Positions 61,763 through 64,000 of a stretch of DNA of 64,000 nt are shown here, piece by piece. The stretch's first letter is position 1; each line of letters opens with the position of its first letter. The stretch is from a virus. The DNA lies in the IMG/VR virus record IMGVR_UViG_3300017565_000003; one strand, written 5' to 3'. The notes beneath the pieces are model-generated. The model saw only the letters and a list, made by a program, of their open reading frames with translations, was not told the origin of the DNA and ran no database searches. Position numbers and translations under genes: made by a program.

Positions 61763-63998
61763 TAATTAGCGACACCTCTTTTAATGTGTATTTTGTATCC
61801 AAATATGTATATTCTCCATTTTTGCAAGGAATAGGGAGTGTTATTTTGTTTATTTTACTTTTAATATTTTCAACTATGTATTCACCATACAATTTCCAAA
61901 GTAGATCCTTATTTGATTCAGTTTTTTCAATGTAAAACATATGTATTAAATAATCCACAAGTTCATCAATATTTGAACAAACCTTCAATAAAGACTCGTT
62001 TAAATTATCATAAACAATTTCTACATTTGCTTCAATCTCATCGTCAATGTCATTTTTAGCAGACAACGAATTTGAAGTCGTAGAGGCTAATGAACTGCTA
62101 TGTGCTTTAAAATCTTGGTAAGACTTTTTAACTTTGCTATATTTTTTCTCGTCAATTGAAAGGGAAGGGTTACTCATTAAACTCTTATAATAGACAACTT
62201 CTTCATCTTGTTTAACAATGTTTCTTATACCAAAATCAATTGATTCTATATATCTACAAATCTTATTCATCACACAATTGCTATTAATGACCGGGGAATA
62301 TTTATTGAATGTATTTATAAAGTCTAATTGCTCAGGTGTTTTCCTGTTTAATTTCTTTAAATCCTCAATTCCTACTCCAAACAACTGACGACAAGTGGCA
62401 TCTTGATTATTGTAATAGTTCTTATATCTTCTTTTAGTTCCTTTATATAAATATGTAAAGAAATAAGGATGTTTATCAAGAAGGGTTTTATTTAAGGACT
62501 CCTTTTGCTGCTTAATTTTCTCTGAATCCCCAACTTCATCGATCTTGTTATAATTCATCCATATCTTAGGGATTGATTTAACTTTCCTTCCAATTTTAGC
62601 TTTATCTATCTGAGCTGATTGTAATTTTGTACACATTTTTATGCGATTCATAGTTGTTGTATATTCCTCACTTGTTTCATCTAGTTCAGCAAGAAGGGCA
62701 TAACCACTTGTGCTTTTATTGGTAATCTGACCAATCTCAGAACCAAAAGAATGTATATCAGCATTATAAAGCTTTCTTTCAGTCAGTTTTGTTTTATCAG
62801 ATTTAGGTGGGATATAAGCAATAGGTAACTCATCCCTATATACACCTTTAATTATTGACTCATCACTTGTAGTAGCAATAATATCCATATCAAAATCACT
62901 ACCAGCCCAATTCATTGTTTCATGACCGTGAACATTAACAATTATCCCTGTGTTATTATATTTATACCATTTGTCCAACTCTTCATTTTGTTTCAAGTCT
63001 AATACAACATGTTCACTTCGGTAGGTGAGGGGAGCCCTCATGGAATCAACTGTTTTTACACCTTTTTTATTCCAGTAATTAGAGTAGTATTCCTTTTTAC
63101 CTAGTAAACCAGTGACTTCTAAACCACAAACATGCTGCATCATAGCAAAAGGGTCTGAAACGATTACCTGGAAGTTCCCTTCCACTAAAATTTGTCCAAG
63201 ACACCCGTTCTTAATTTTCTTTTTTACTAAATCATAAATCTTTCGCTTAATCCATTTATCATGAATAAGATTATGATCCAACATTAAAGCTTTAACCCAA
63301 TGATTATCACTATTTTCTATGTATGAAGTAATCTTATCTTCGTCAATTTCTGTTCCAAGTAAGAAGAGGAGGGTGTAATGGATGTCTTTTGATGTCACAC
63401 CACTAATCCAATCGACAAACTTACTACAAACTTTTTCAATATTCCCCTCTAGCCTCAACGTCTGTAGAAATTGGTAGTTCATCTTCAAAATATCTTTATC
63501 TTTCTTGGGACTAATAAGTGAAACTCCCCATTGTAGTTGATTCTTTTCACAATTTTCTTGATAAACCTCAAGACTAGGGAATGAATCCCAAAGTTTAAAT
63601 TGGCTTTCAGAAATTATTACATCAGTGTTTAGTAGGTTTGCCAATTTTGGTTCACCGTTCTCATCTTTATATGATGTTTTAATCATGTAGTCACCATTGT
63701 TTATTTCTCTACAGAAGGCTTTTATATCAAATGTTGAAAGCATTCCTTTTATGTAATTTTGTCGTATACACCACTGAGCAGGGACATAATCCAATCCGAG
63801 TTCATCTGCCCATTGTCTAGCCTTTTCAATACTAATAATACCTTGACCATCAAAACGATTAAACAACTCAGTTATAGTTTTAACTTCAATTTCATCATCT
63901 TCGTTTAAATCTTTCTCGGTTACAAAATTAACTTTAACTTCTGTTTCACTTTCGTAATCTGGAACTAAGCAAAATCTAGGAGTAGATACTACGGATGT
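61755..63998 (-). CDS. yonO: YonO-type single-subunit RNA polymerase (5' end outside window)
   Basis: FDGQG.IS, IR..Y.KG, R.P, catalytic GSDFDMD, IG.ITN, QID.AK; frame open to the window edge; upstream of HU as in SPbeta. Confidence 0.88.
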   Translation of the reverse strand, partial: TSVVSTPRFCLVPDYESETEVKVNFVTEKDLNEDDEIEVKTITELFNRFDGQGIISIEKARQWADELGLDYVPAQWCIRQNYIKGMLSTFDIKAFCREINNGDYMIKTSYKDENGEPKLANLLNTDVIISESQFKLWDSFPSLEVYQENCEKNQLQWGVSLISPKKDKDILKMNYQFLQTLRLEGNIEKVCSKFVDWISGVTSKDIHYTLLFLLGTEIDEDKITSYIENSDNHWVKALMLDHNLIHDKWIKRKIYDLVKKKIKNGCLGQILVEGNFQVIVSDPFAMMQHVCGLEVTGLLGKKEYYSNYWNKKGVKTVDSMRAPLTYRSEHVVLDLKQNEELDKWYKYNNTGIIVNVHGHETMNWAGSDFDMDIIATTSDESIIKGVYRDELPIAYIPPKSDKTKLTERKLYNADIHSFGSEIGQITNKSTSGYALLAELDETSEEYTTTMNRIKMCTKLQSAQIDKAKIGRKVKSIPKIWMNYNKIDEVGDSEKIKQQKESLNKTLLDKHPYFFTYLYKGTKRRYKNYYNNQDATCRQLFGVGIEDLKKLNRKTPEQLDFINTFNKYSPVINSNCVMNKICRYIESIDFGIRNIVKQDEEVVYYKSLMSNPSLSIDEKKYSKVKKSYQDFKAHSSSLASTTSNSLSAKNDIDDEIEANVEIVYDNLNESLLKVCSNIDELVDYLIHMFYIEKTESNKDLLWKLYGEYIVENIKSKINKITLPIPCKNGEYTYLDTKYTLKEVSLINE

Positions 63999-64000
63999 AG

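Noticed and set aside
1-64000. tRNA or rRNA genes, inteins, IS transposases, arbitrium genes
   Set aside because: None recognised by eye; terminase and the visible RNAP part show no intein-sized insertions. A tRNAscan/Infernal run would be needed to exclude RNAs fully.

Overview
About 64 kb of a large, AT-rich, SPbeta-like temperate Bacillaceae siphophage. An intact attP-like inverted repeat lies between convergent sprB-like and sprA-like genes, so the DNA appears to be in its excised or virion configuration. The left 6.5 kb (+ strand) carries thyA, dfr, an opposite-strand SASP gene, a three-gene RNA-repair operon (Rnl1-type ligase, RlaP-type nucleotidyltransferase, kinase-HD), a RusA-like resolvase and sprB. 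The rest (- strand) is the late region, read right to left: YonO-type single-subunit RNA polymerase, HU, PIN-PhoH, YonK, YonJ, ClpP, terminase, portal, head, tail, tape measure, Dit, Tal, fibre and spike genes, a split lysis module, then the serine integrase. Less ordinary features: (1) an ORF-less group I intron in the tape-measure gene whose best junction ends in A rather than G; (2) ten intergenic 18-bp palindromes, four of which bracket two 167-bp elements of identical geometry; (3) four DUF5659-like microgenes, three directly upstream of endonuclease genes; (4) six free-standing endonuclease-like genes, one inactivated by two compensating dinucleotide slips; (5) a strongly strand-polarised AGGGGAG heptamer; (6) several structured non-coding segments; (7) a 28-nt SQLA(D/E)K junction shared by two receptor-binding genes. 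All assignments come from motif recognition and recalled SPbeta synteny; no database search was run.
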